Below are positions 1-12,379 of a stretch of 64,000 nt of DNA, one piece after another. The stretch comes from Lepidodermella squamata (lineage: Eukaryota > Animalia > Gastrotricha), in the NCBI GenBank assembly GCA_047495785.1, contig JBLDXI010000003.1, forward strand, positions 496,001 to 560,000. Direction: 5' to 3'. Within the stretch, counting starts at the first letter, position 1; every line of letters begins with the position of its first letter. Made by a program: the position numbers and the translations under genes. The notes under the pieces are model-generated. The model had not been told where the DNA came from and did no database searches. It worked only from the letters and a program-made list of their open reading frames with translations.

Positions 1-230
1 GTTCTATCGCATCACAACCAGAAAGAAATACTCTATATTCAGCCGGTATGAAAAATCGCGCCATTAGAGATTAGAGCCTCTCAACTAACAAGAAACTAGA
101 AAAAAAAATGATTAGAATTAGAATAAACCTGAAAGTCCTCCTAGTTTCGTTAAAGCTTATTGATTATGTCCACCTAGGTGATGTAGTTGAAATGAAAGTG
201 AAAGCATTTTAGGATAACCTGATATGCACA

Positions 231-408
231 TGTCGTATTTAAAGTCGTATTTAAAATCATATATTCTTGATAAAAGACAAGGCCAAAATGCCTAATTTTA
301 TTTTTCATGGGTTTTCGAAATCTGGGTTAAAATCCGCAGGACATGAGTCATTTTGGCCAAGAATATATGATTATCAAGAATATATGATTATCGACTTTAC
401 ATACGACA
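231..408. repeat. Small imperfect inverted repeat / MITE-like remnant
   Basis: TGTCGTATTTAAAGTCG...ATCATATATTCTTGA on the left pairs with TCAAGAATATATGAT...CGACTTTACATACGACA on the right. Confidence 0.5.
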
Positions 409-632
409 CATAGAACCAATTAGAGCCCGAAAATTGCAACAATCTCAGTGAATTAAATGGTAAACCGGCATTTTCAGTATTCAGCATTCATTTGAATTTG
501 AGCCCATTTTGGGCATAGATTTTGAGTAATTCTGTTTGCTGTCGGCGCGCCGGTCTCCACTGATCTGAAATCTTACTTTTACCTTTCATTCATTATTCAA
601 TTTACACTAGGCTTTAACATTCTTCAAATTTC

Positions 633-3600
633 ATGGCTCGCATAAAAAATACAAGAAATGCAGATAAACAGCTTCCGTCTTATATCAATCCGAATCAGCG
701 CTGCGTAAGTTTTTCACAAAATGTTTAGCAAACATTTTTGCTGAACAATATCCATAACATTTTACAGTCGAAACGCCAAATGATGGAATCTGCAAAGAGA
801 AACACTGGTAAAGCCTACTTAAGGCAACAGTTGGTTCGAGATGGGAAGATCATCCGCAAAGCAAAAATGGTCGAAGCAAAAGTCGGCCGGAGAATTATTT
901 GCAAATGTGACCGCAAGTGCCATTTAAAATTTACTGAAAATCAATGCGCTGCCATTTGCCGGGCCGTGTGGAGATCTGGCAAAATTAAGGATCGGCGCAC
1001 TTTTGTGTGCCGCTTTGTTAGCGTCATTGAAGGGAAACGCAATTTTCGTTACGCGATCCCGGGCGAAGCTAGCAGCGATAATTCAAGACCTCGCAAGCAA
1101 TTTGACGTTGAAGTAAGCTTCTCTGATTTTGTATCTTCTTCTGAAACTAATAAATCCAACTTCAGGTATGCTACCCTTTTTTCTTGGCATGCACCGCTCT
1201 GACTCGCCGTTTTATCGGCTGGACTCTGGACTTCAAACAGGCCCCATTTCGAGCGGCCGTTCTTGAAGATGGGCGGGGCAAGCAGAAGGGCAGGGGCGCA
1301 ATTTCTCGACAGCAGCTTGATGCTGTTATCTCGTTTATCAATGGAATCGAGCGATTGCCGTCTCATTTCAAACGGAAAGAGTGCAACAAACAATTTATCG
1401 ACAGGTTTCTTCTAATTTGATAGCTGCGTGCCGATTTTTCATTACAATTTATCGCATTAGCTATCATTCTATAGCGTCGCTCTATCGCGACTATTGTGAT
1501 AACCTAAGGAAAAGGCGAAGCGAATTCGAAGACGCTGCTGGGACATCTAAACCATCTTCCAGCAAAGATTTCAAGCCTGTTCATTACGAAACATTCAGAA
1601 GAATTTTCAGAAATTGCTTCCCCAATTTATCATTCAGAAGGCCCAAGGTACGTCTAAGATTACTTCGAATCTTTCCTGCATTATTTATTGACTCTGTTTC
1701 AGATTGATGGATGTAAATGTTGTCAGCGGCTCGCTAGCTTGTCAAAAGCAGATGTCGGCCGTGATAATCAGGGCCGAATTAGGAAGTTGCTCGACAAGCA
1801 CCTGGCCAGGCGCGATAACGCCCGAACTGCGCTTCGTCGAGACATTGCATACGGCGCGGCTAACAAACACCGAGTGAATGTGATCAATTTCGATTTTCAG
1901 GTACCAAACAAAAACTGTTTCCTAAAAAATCTGTTTATTATGATGATTTTTCTGTTATTAATATAGCGAAACCTTGAAGTTCCAAGCAGCAATCTCAAGT
2001 AAGTATTTTTTGTACTGGAGGGATAGTAACCCAGATATATAGTTCGCGAGCCCAAGGTGGAAAATCCCAAAAATCCTCAGGGAAACTCTCTGCCCTCTGG
2101 TCAACTGAAAACTAGATGCTTCGAAATAGGAAGTTTCATCGTCTTTGATGAGCTCATAATTCGTTGATTCTTCTTAACTTTGGTGTAATATTGTTTGTTG
2201 TTTAGGTTTCACAGTAAATTGCTGGTTCGTAATGTTACCGTCCATAACCTTACAACGCGGCAAACTCACAATTACGTTTTCGATGAGACAGAAGATAAGT
2301 TGAATTTCTTTCTGATTTTAGTTCAATTTGTTAATCTGTTTCCCTTCCTTTTTTCAAGTGGAAAAGGCGTTACGGAGGTGAGTATCAAATGTTGTGTACT
2401 AAAACTTCGCAAACTTCACTTTTTTTCAGGTTGCAACTGTTGTTTATCGGTACCTTACCGAGGTTCTCGACGAAAACATAGAGCATTGCATAATGTGGTC
2501 TGGTTAGTAAACATTTTTTAATCACTTTCGTTTTTCATGGAGATTTATCGTTGTTTCATTTTTCACTAGATAATTGTCCAGGCCAGCAAAAGAACAAATT
2601 CTTTCCGAATTTGATTCATCACGCGCTGGCTACAGCTGCTGGCACGCGCCGTGAGCTATCGGTTGTTGAGCACAAGTTTCTAGTCTCGGGACATTCGCAG
2701 CAGCCGGTTGACAGGTAAGCACGCGTTATTTCAAGAATGGAAATGACGGGGAACTCCCCGTTGTCACGGGTCGCCTTCGTTCGTTCGTCGTTCGTCGTTC
2801 GTTCGTCGTTCGTCAAGGAGGATATGAGGAGGCAATACAAAATGGATTGCCTCCATCGCCTATGGCCTATGGCGAGGAGGATAGAGGTGTGTCTGTAAAA
2901 AACCACCCGTAAAACACTGGCAATCCCTTCGGGAAGGTACCATACCAGCGTGGGCGTGTGTTAGTGTTGTCAAAAAATGAGTCCTTGTTTCAGGAGGATG
3001 TGTTCGTAGCAGTAAAAAATGCGTTGTCGTGTGACGTCGGTCCGACGGCAAAAAAACAGTAGGGGGGGGGGGGGGGGGTAAAAAATGAATCCCATTCACA
3101 GGAGGATTAGAGCGTGCCAGTAAAAAATGTGCTGTCTGCCGGGATGCCAGTCAATGCCAAGTGCAGTTGTGCGCACGACATCGACGACAACATGGGCTGA
3201 CATGCTGACTCGCGAGACCGTTTTCGCGACGTGATCTGCTCGCCTATTACATGGTGCATACACATTATTCATGCTGCGTGTTTCGCAAACTCAAGTTTAC
3301 TCTGGGTCGGGCAAAATGAGTAGCGCAGACGGGAACCGCCCATACTATTTTTGCATGTGCGACGTGGCAACGCTACATGATTATGCGCAAAGCTGGGCAG
3401 CAAGTCAAAGATGTGCACGAAAACGTTATACTTAGGTCTTAGGTTGTGCATGTTCAAGGTCATACGTGCCACGTGCTTGAAGAAGTGACGGAGTAATACA
3501 AAATGTCCGTGACTGAAAGGGCTGAAAGGGTACTGAAATTCGTCGTCAAGACGCTTGCTGCTGTGACAGCAGCCAGTGCGGGCTCTCTGTGCACGTGCTG

Positions 3601-5135
3601 GAGGAGTGCGCATACCCTATAACAGGGCCGAATAATCCTTCTCTCCAGTTTTCTCCAGTTTTGGGCGGCTAATTTACGGGAGCTTAATGCACTGTTATCA
3701 GTTTTATTGCACACATTAATTGAAGGGAGTAATAAACGTTATTTAACATTCGCGCTTTTAAAATCGAGTACACTTGAAAAACTTGCACCCGAGAATGGAG
3801 GAGAGAGATGCATAGTAGTACAGATGCGGTTCCTGTACAATGGCGAGTACCGGCCGTCTTGAATGATGCAAAATATGTCACTTTCAATTTAGATGTGATC
3901 CCAGATGTTAATGTTGTAAATACACAAACCGTGAAAGCATGCGTCATCGGAACGCAAAGCCGTGTACATCACCTAGTGGCTCTGCTACTGATATTCACGC
4001 TGTTCACGCCAAGGTCAATGAAGGAAGACGTGAGAAATATCAGGAAGCTGTGAAGTCGACACGGCCGACATGATGAGATCGGCCGATAGACTACAATTGT
4101 GTATTATGAATAATTCAACATGTTAATGAGCTGGGAGTTCCCCGTCAACTGTCAAAGGCCGTCTGGCCGACAGTGGTAATGCTAGATGACGGCTTTTCGC
4201 CTATTAGTTGCCATGCCGCAATCGATCGGCAAATGAAACGTATTCGCCTCATAGCCGTTCCAAATGAATTGAGAGGTAAAACTACTTGGACGATCATGTT
4301 TCTTGGCCTTAAACCGTCAGCTTTTACTAGGTATTATTCTTGGTTCGAGTCTTCACCCTGGCGTCAACTTCCACGTTATTGAGTGCCATTTTAACGAATG
4401 GTTGAATCCAAAACAGGAGCCTAGGTGAGTTCGTTTGAAGGCAGAGGTTGCAGAGGTCATGATGATCTTATGAATCAACTCAGCTTCACCAGCCGATTCG
4501 ACTATCCTTCAGCAAACGGTGAACGAAGCATTTGGACCAGATTCTGCTGTTACAAGTGAGTTTTTCGGGTTTTAGCACAGAATCAGCTTTTACGGTGACA
4601 TTGAATGTATAAAAAAATTTATTCGAAATCTGCTGTTGAGACTGGCCAGGCGCATAGAAAAGGCTTTGATAATACCCCTTCTCTTTATTTTAACAATTAT
4701 GAAAACTTCTGGTGCATTTTTCATTACAGGTATTCTCGAGACCCTTCGTTTTTCGAAGCTAGCTCCGACTGGGAGGGGAATTACATTCGTTTTGAAGCTA
4801 CAAAACAAACGCCGTTTGCTTTCAAAGCAACTAACCGATATCCCAACGATCGGCCTCCAGAGTTCCAGTTGAGTGAGAAGAAAATGAGCGACATGTTCAC
4901 ATGGTATATTTATTGCTGATCATTACTATTGCTTAATAACTTTTCATTCAGGGTTGCTGAAGGTGTGATACCCTTGGCCTACCTTGACGTTGTAGCGAAA
5001 ATCCCCTCGAAACTCACGCCGGCGGAAATCGCCCAGAAAAAGGAGGCCGTGCGGCAAAAATACGCCAAATTTACGAATCCCGACAGCGGCTCAGATGATG
5101 ATACGGACGATCGCGAGAGTGACGATGAAAGTTAA
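633..5135 (+). CDS. Sola1-like DDD transposase, 15 exons, reading frame apparently intact
   Basis: Manual splicing gives MARIK...KRNTGKAY...CKCDRKC...VCYPFFLACT...RRPKIDGCKCC...INFDFQ...HSKLLVRNVTVHNL...GKGVTEVA...WSDNCPGQQKN...HKFLVSGHSQQPVDSCHAAID...LSEKKMSD...acidic tail, stop at 5135. The DFQ, SDNC and PVD motifs supply three catalytic-type Asp residues typical of Sola1/DUF7869-type transposases. TIRs were not identified. Confidence 0.75.
2731..4178 (+). mobile_element. Non-autonomous Helentron/DINE-1-like element inside transposase intron 10 (2715-4207)
   Basis: Perfect 15-bp subterminal inverted repeats TGACGGGGAACTCCC (2744-2758) and GGGAGTTCCCCGTCA (4133-4147), a 5' palindrome ACGGGG-AACT-CCCCGT, a TCGT/TCG microsatellite at about 2777-2813, a 3' stem-loop ACTGTC...GACAGT at 4148-4174, and no TSD. 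Confidence 0.65.
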
Positions 5136-5958
5136 CGAATTATGACGCTATTTTATTGTCGTCATCTGTCACGTCACAAGGCCAACTTGTGGTCGGATTT
5201 ATTAATTATGTTGGAAATAAATTATTCATTTTTATTACTTGTCGTGATGTGTGGGTGTGTTATCTTTTATCGCTCTAATGCCAGGTTCTTTCTCTTTTTC
5301 CGAAGCGCATTGAGAACGTATTAAATTTTAACAAATTTTCATGTTGGGTAACTTTATGCGTAGATTCCAAATTTGCAATCCATAACTTTATGAAACCGAT
5401 ACTTCTCGATGATCCATGATAATGATGATTGAATCTCGATGTTGAGACTGCCGTAGCTCTATCGGCTATTCTCACCACTTTTGTGACGCTTCAATCCGGA
5501 ATACCGCTAGACGATTTGTTCTCGAATACAGAATTTCTGAGGCCATCTAACGATTTCAAGAAATCGGAAAACCCCATAGCGGATAGAATAAACTGGGTCT
5601 CCCAATTTCACCCGATTAGTATGCACAAAAGACTCATTGAGGTAAATTGTTATCCCTTGTGGTCGCTTGCGATCGCATTATTCGATACCAATAAATCTAA
5701 AATCCGCCCAGAATTTCACCCCGTGGTAGGTAGAATATAGAATATCAATATAACAAAATGTATTAAAAAATGACAGATATTGATTGTCGCGAAAATGATT
5801 GTTTACATTACTCACGTCTCATGACTTGAAAACAACAGTCAATACTTATAATAGGGCATCAGAAAAAGATGCATCTGAAAGCGTCTTAACATTCCTTCAC
5901 GGTAAAACGATAATAACAGGGAGATTTTAATGAGAGATATCTTGAAGTCAAGCTGCCA

Positions 5959-8900
5959 TCAAATCGCCATGAACAGGTATATATTAATTCCAAGCAGAGC
6001 TGCGAAAGCCAGCAAAAACGCGACCATATCAACAAGTCGGATGAAAGAGATCTTCCGGCCTTTCACTATTGTCAGCTTCGACGAGATGAGCTTGTTTTTC
6101 TTATCAGCAGTTAGATTCGTCACAATAATCTCATAGACCGTGATGGCTGATACAAGGGCGGATAACATGAGAACGTAATTCGTGTACAACAGCTGTTTAG
6201 AATTCTGGGCGACACTGCTCAGAACATCAGACTGAGCTACAACCAACGCTAGCATGACAGTCGAGGAAAGAACCGGCCGGTCTGCAACATCAGGCTCCAT
6301 AAGGAAGGAACCGAAAGCAACAAAAATGAGTAGATAGCAAGGAATCATCAAGTTGACAATGAAATAAGTTGGATCGCGTTTGTATGTCAGGGCGATTTTG
6401 CCATACGAAACAGGGGCTCCAATTCGACACGGAGATGCGCAAGTTCCACGCATCGTTCGAGCATTCATCAGGGTCCACATGCCATTTGAAAGTGAATCAT
6501 AGGACCTGACGTAGACGCCAGCTATAGCTACAAATGCCGCCGGCTCGTCCAGCAAGAAAGTGAACTCGCAGGTCTGAGAATCAAACGGGAATTTCGATAA
6601 ATCCATCTTGCAGGCTGAGGAGAAGGTTCCAACCCGGTCCCAGTGGAAAAACAGTGTTCGATTCGGTCGTGTTGCGTAATACATGATTTGAGCTTTCTCC
6701 CCGAAGTTGCTCAGGTAAACATCGGTCGTAGAATTCGGCAAGGTAATTTTTGGTCGCCAAAAGTTAGAGCTGCCCACCGGAATCACTCGCTCAGTGACTT
6801 CAGCACTAGGAGCTGTGTAGTCAGCGGAGCATGAAAGAATAGGCCATTGAACTAGCAGAGAGCCCCATAGAGAAATCTCACTCTCAACTTGGTCGAGTGA
6901 CACCAACCTCTCTGCGGAGAATGTTAGGTATATGGACGTGTTCACCTGAGGCGATCTCCGTTCACTGTCAAGGTATGGACACGTCTCTAGGTCCTTATAT
7001 TTGACAGCTGGTTCGTAATTTCCATCCAGAGGGTCAGGAATCGGAGCCTTGTCTGTGTCAGTTACACCGAGATCATCTTGAAATAACATTGCCATTGTTG
7101 ACAGCTTCGTGTTTGCAAAGTTCGAGGAAGATATTTCAGACAATGCAGTAGTTTGCAGATCGGGGGGTTTTGTAGAGGCAGCGGTTATCGAATTCCAGGA
7201 TGTTGACGATGACCAATCGGAAGCGTATTGAGGTGTTGTTGAGCCTGGAGAGGGGTTTGTCGACAGCCCTTCAGTCAACCGCCAAACCATTCTGGAAAAT
7301 AATTTGATCTAATCACAACTCATTTTCTATACACGCGACCAAAAATACGCTTTTCGATAGGCGACATAATTAGGGCTGCCCAATCCTTGAATCGAGTAAA
7401 GCATGGACTTTTGGTAGACAGCGTCTCGAAATCCTGGTACGGGGAAGTTCTTAAAGCAGTCGTAAGAAGCCATGGCTCCATTCGCTGGTAGTTTAGCCAC
7501 AGATGCGTTCACAGAATCGTTGAAATGCTGCACAACGATGCGGAAACTTGCATTCCCAGATGCATCGAAAAATGCGGTATCCCCACAGCCCGGTGATGAA
7601 GACATAGTTCCAGGGGGCGGGATCGTGACGTTGTCAGTTTTGTTAGGGTAATAGCCGATGTAAAACTCGCCTCTGTTCGGCATCAGATTCTGCCAGATTC
7701 CGAGCCCAATAAGATCAGTGATGCCATTGAAATCAGACGAATTGCCGATTTTTACTAAAATTAGATATCATTAAAAACATAATTTTTCTTGATAAATTCT
7801 CACATCTTTTCGGGTAAGTCTTAGTCAGGCCAAAAGCCAAGCCAAGCCAACCTTGGGATCCATTGGTGCTGCATGACACATCAATATCGAATTCGATGCG
7901 CCAGTCGGTGAAGAAATGATAATAATACTGCAATCATATACTCAGAATTTTAAGGTGGTAGGAGAAAGCAGAAATACACTTACCGATGATTCAAACTGTC
8001 TTGGTGAGCGAGTGCTGCTGATCAGCTCATAATTTTTCGAAGCGGTCAACGTCACAGGCTTGGTTGTAAAATTGTATTCACCCGTGTAGTCGTAGCTTGT
8101 ATACCCACTGAAAGTAGTCCCAGTGTTAGCTGGTAGGGCTAACGTGTACAAATCTGCAGGGGCCGGAGAGTCTTCAGTAAGGCCCCATAAGTACCTTAAC
8201 GAAAGGTTACAAAGCTTACGGAAATATTTCAAAATTGCTGTCACAGCAAATGATTGACGACTATTTGCACACGATACACAACAACAACGTAATTTCTATA
8301 TGCAACCTAAATTTCTGCATTGCTCAGCGCCCTTTTTCTTACCATCATTATTGCGTCAACTTACATTCGTTTTACAAGAGCATCTCCATCGGCTCCATTT
8401 ATAGCATAGAAACAGGGCATGATCCCGCCGTATAGCATTTGGTATCCGATGTATCCCACGTAGCCTGTAAACTGTATCACAGTTGAACAGACCGCTGCAC
8501 CAGAGCTAGAAACTGCTGTAACCTTGAAATAAAATTGAGAAAATCATCGCAATCTGGCAATCAATGAAGTCAACACAAACTGTTAAAACATCTAAGACGT
8601 TTTGGTAGATCATGCGAAATTGAGCGACGCCTGTAGATGAAATGACACAGCTTGAGTCAAACGTGAACGTATTTGTTGAGGCGTTGAAGGGCGGCGCAAC
8701 AGGAGGGCCAGTGTCCATAGAAGTCCTCCAAGTGATCACTACTTTACCATTCGGTTCCAACTTGAGGAAAGCCAATAAACCGAATCCATAGTTTGTGAAA
8801 ACATCGTAGTACGTTGACGAAAGAGACGAGACATCTAAGAGCCGAGAAAACAGCTTGAGATGTTGTGTTTAATGTGTAGGAAGCTTACTTGGGCTCATGC

Positions 8901-9422
8901 GACTATATGTTAACGAAAACCCAAACCAGGCATTTGATGATCCACTGGTTTTGTATCGCAGCTCAACTTCGTACTCCAAGCGCCAATTTGCCAAGTAATA
9001 TCCCACGTCCTATTCATGAATGGACAGATGTACAGATTACGCCTTGTTTTTCCGCTCAAGAAGAAATCACAACGATCGACTCAATATAAGGCATTGTGAT
9101 TTCTTCAGGGAAATTTAGTATCAAGATAACTCACGGGGCCTTGCAGAATCGCGAGAGATTCATTCGGTGAAGAGTTTGCCGCTGACATGGAGTTGAGTTG
9201 GTAGCCATTCGCAACTTTTCGACCCGAGTAGTATGTCGTGAACGAGGCATTGCTGTTGACCTGAGCATTTTCACCGTCGAATGAACAATACGGGCGGTAC
9301 GCTGGCGGCCCTTTGAAGCCGATCGGAAGCTGCAACGAGTTAGTATCCGGCGTGGGATCATAACCAGCACAAACTAACGCGGCCATTGCTGCTGGCAAGA
9401 TTAGAGAGCTTGCTGGAGGCAT
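5959..9422 (-). CDS. Cys-loop (pentameric ligand-gated) ion channel subunit with signal peptide, two tandem beta-rich N-terminal domains and a Ser/Thr stalk, about 964 aa
   Basis: Frame-consistent GT-AG model: 9422-9135, 9009-8889, 8834-8581, 8522-8365, 8194-7984, 7927-7804, 7754-7349, 7291-5959 (2895 nt). The last exon has FWRPKI (loop A), the Cys-loop CKMDLSKFPFDSQTC, pre-M1 KRDPTYFIVNLMIPC, M2 DRPVLSSTVMLAL and four hydrophobic helices. Confidence 0.85.
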
Positions 9423-11546
9423 TTCGCGAAATTTCAGAATGAAGCTCAAAATGCCGCGACCGTCAGTTTTATTCCTCAAGCCCCGCCCTCGCTGTTTGAA
9501 TATGATAAATTATAAATTGTCAACTCGTTTATAGGGCAGTCGTTTCGAACTCATGGCGTCTCAGACAGGAACAATCTGAGTTTGGCGTACATTGTTACAG
9601 CAGTTCTACAGCGCCCTTATGTTGGTTTTTGTATGGGGTTTATCATATGAGTTCATGTGTTTAATATTTATGGCGCACTGATATTGAACTCGCACTCACT
9701 CGGTGCGTGAGGTTCGGGAAGAATGACAAAGCCGCTAGGTACCTTATTACCCATTAACCAGAATTTTTCAGCTTGGGGAGGAGAAGTCGCGTACAGTTCT
9801 CTGATATTTTTCTCGAAAACAAAAACACGCAACCTAATTTTACTACTTGTACGAATAATGCCAGATGTACAAAGAAAAACCAGCGATTTCGGGTGTGATT
9901 TTTCGTAAAGCAGGTATATTGTCGCCCTCGAGGTCTACTCCAAGTATCATCCGACGGCTGCTAGTACCGCATACCGCACCTGGCTTGCCAGCCTTACAGG
10001 GTCCATGCGAGCGACGTGCCCGTACCAGCGAAGTTGACGCCTAGCTTTTTTGAAGTTATTTGACAGCGAGTTGCTGATGGGCATACACAGGGTGCGATCT
10101 TGGATCCTGGAGGGGATGGAAAACTGTTTTTGTTTTTGCTGTATTTGTTAAAATGACTAGTGGTATAAAATAAAAGCTCGCAAATCGAGAAAATTGTGAA
10201 GATTTTCCACTAAAACACGCTCCAAAACCTCTCAAAATTGACAAAACAATGGGATAAGGGATAATTACATAGACCGCTATACATCGTCACGCGTGACGGA
10301 AGATCACGGGCGGACCGGCGACATCATCATGTGTGCCAAGTGGGACCCGCTAAACCGCCCTCCGTCCTGCCTGGATCTCTCGAGGCTGGGGGATACAATT
10401 CACACCAATCACCCCCCCCCCCCCTCCCACTTCACGGTACTTCACACAATGCGAAAGAGTATGCTCGTTTGAGACTACTTTGCAAGCGGCAAATGCTTTT
10501 CTGAGGCTCGCTTAGTTCATAAACATGTTGTGGCTATTCTGAGGGGGCTGTTGAATGTTAAAGTGTGGCACTTAAGGAGGCAGCTCTGTATTTGAAATGA
10601 TAAAAAGCTGAGGATTCTATGTTAAATGGTTTCCTGAAATTCGGACTTACAGGTCGGACTGACCCTGTAGCTGTCGGGTAGTTAAAAAAGGCACAGCGCA
10701 TATTTTACTGATAACTGTACTATCAATGTGGTGAATGATCGCTCCAAGGGAATTACAAGCTCCTGAGAAAGAAGGTAGGCACTTGGTTCCCACCCGTCCG
10801 ACAATGTTGAATCACCCTCTTCACAGCGTAGTTTCCGAGAAATTCTTCCTGCTACTCCACCTCGATGTGATAATCGCTTAGAATTTTTGTTCATGAGTTA
10901 CCTTTGTTCTAACGAGCAGCAAGATTCCTTAGCTATGACGTTCTGCAGCGATTGCCCATGGGAGTCTGCTTAAAGCTTACGGCAACCCAGGTGACGTAAG
11001 ATTTTCACATAATTTGCCGTACGCTCGGTCATCAACCCTGTGAGCGAAGCGTCGAAAACAATCGAATCAAGTTTGCTTAGAAAACGTTTAGGTTTACAGA
11101 AGTTCCAAATTAAATTCTTATCACTTTAAAAAGCATAATGAATAATATTAAATCTGATTATGCCGAAGTGATCTGATTCAAAATGCAGTTTCAACTTTGT
11201 TTCGATTTTTCAATAGGAATAAATCACCAGTAATGCTGACCCGCACCCAAAAGGTCTATCGTTAAAGTTGCAGCACTTGACCATCCATGCTTAGTAAACA
11301 ACGCAGATACATTTGTTTTCACTATCGTGCCGTTGAAGGCTAAATGTATAACCCAAAGTTGAAAATTAAACCTGAAACTAGTTTCGGACTGCTTTAAAGT
11401 GGTTGATTGCATCGGCGCCAAAGATGGGTACAAATTGCATGGATACAGTGCCGTAAACAAATTACGTTCAAGTGCATTACTGGGCTATAAAGACTCCGGG
11501 AGATTTCGTCACGCCCGAAATAATCATTTTCTCGAACGAAGTCAAC

Positions 11547-11929
11547 ATGTATTCTCTCATCTTGCGGTTAGCACTTCTTTTGTCTCTTGGCGTTGCGTGC
11601 CATTCGATTGAATGTTACACTAAGGATGAATCCTGCTTCGAAGACGATACATTTTGCCGCGTAAGTTGCTGCTCTTATTCTCTGGTCGTTCGACTGCAAT
11701 GTGTCGCATATATATATAGAAAGTGGTACTGGGAGTTGCTGGATCGCAACTCGAGGTTAGGGACTGTGCAGAACGATGCGCTCCAGGATCAGTTACAGAC
11801 TCTCGAGGCGACACGTTGCAGGTTTACTGTTGTAGGACGGATTGGTGTAACGCGGCCAACTCACGGCATAACAATAGCTTATTGCTCATGACTGTTGCCT
11901 CTGCAATGACGCGTTACCTCATTTTATAA
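11547..11929 (+). CDS. Ly6/uPAR three-finger protein with signal peptide and probable GPI-anchor signal
   Basis: Two exons (11547-11660 and 11720-11929, phase 0 intron): MYSLILRLALLLSLGVACHS-IECY...C...FCR-KVVLG...RDCAERC...VYCCRTDWCN, followed by a hydrophobic tail. There are 8 mature-domain Cys and the diagnostic CCxxDxCN motif. Confidence 0.85.
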
Positions 11930-12171
11930 TGAAGTTCTAGATCGCAACAACTTTGATTTTGAACGCTTTGTTTCCCGTCAGCAATTCTACTATCCTGTCT
12001 CAGGCGATAACGCTTGACGTTTGAGCTGACAAGTTACCACAAGCGGAGCCAGTACAAGTTCCATTTACACGTGCCGTATGTGCGATCATGAACTACGGAA
12101 GAGGCAGTGCGAAGGTGTGATGATGCTCGGGATTGTGGCGGATTGAACTGTTGTGCTGAGCTAAGTAAGCA

Positions 12172-12173
<2 letters not shown>

Positions 12174-12228
<55 letters not shown>
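12174..12228. repeat. (GA)n microsatellite
   Basis: Uninterrupted GA dinucleotide run. Confidence 0.97.
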
Positions 12229-12230
<2 letters not shown>

Positions 12231-12379
12231 GTTGACTGGAAATTGTCAACGAAAAGAAATTCTATGTCTACTCAGGTAACACACGAAATTTGTTTCTTCG
12301 TTGACATTCTTACAATTCCGTCGTCAACACATCACTCTGCATTTTTTTATATGTTTCTTGGGTCGTTATATTCCTACAA

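Noticed and set aside
2619-4053. Several short ORFs inside the intronic element
   Set aside because: Low-complexity or motif-free translations with no recognisable domain.
28-5745. Terminal inverted repeats for the Sola1-like element (ATACTCTATATTC versus GAATATAGAATAT)
   Set aside because: The match is short and AT-rich, with no convincing extension or TSD.
12034-12249. ORF with an SL dipeptide repeat
   Set aside because: Translation artefact of the (GA)n microsatellite.
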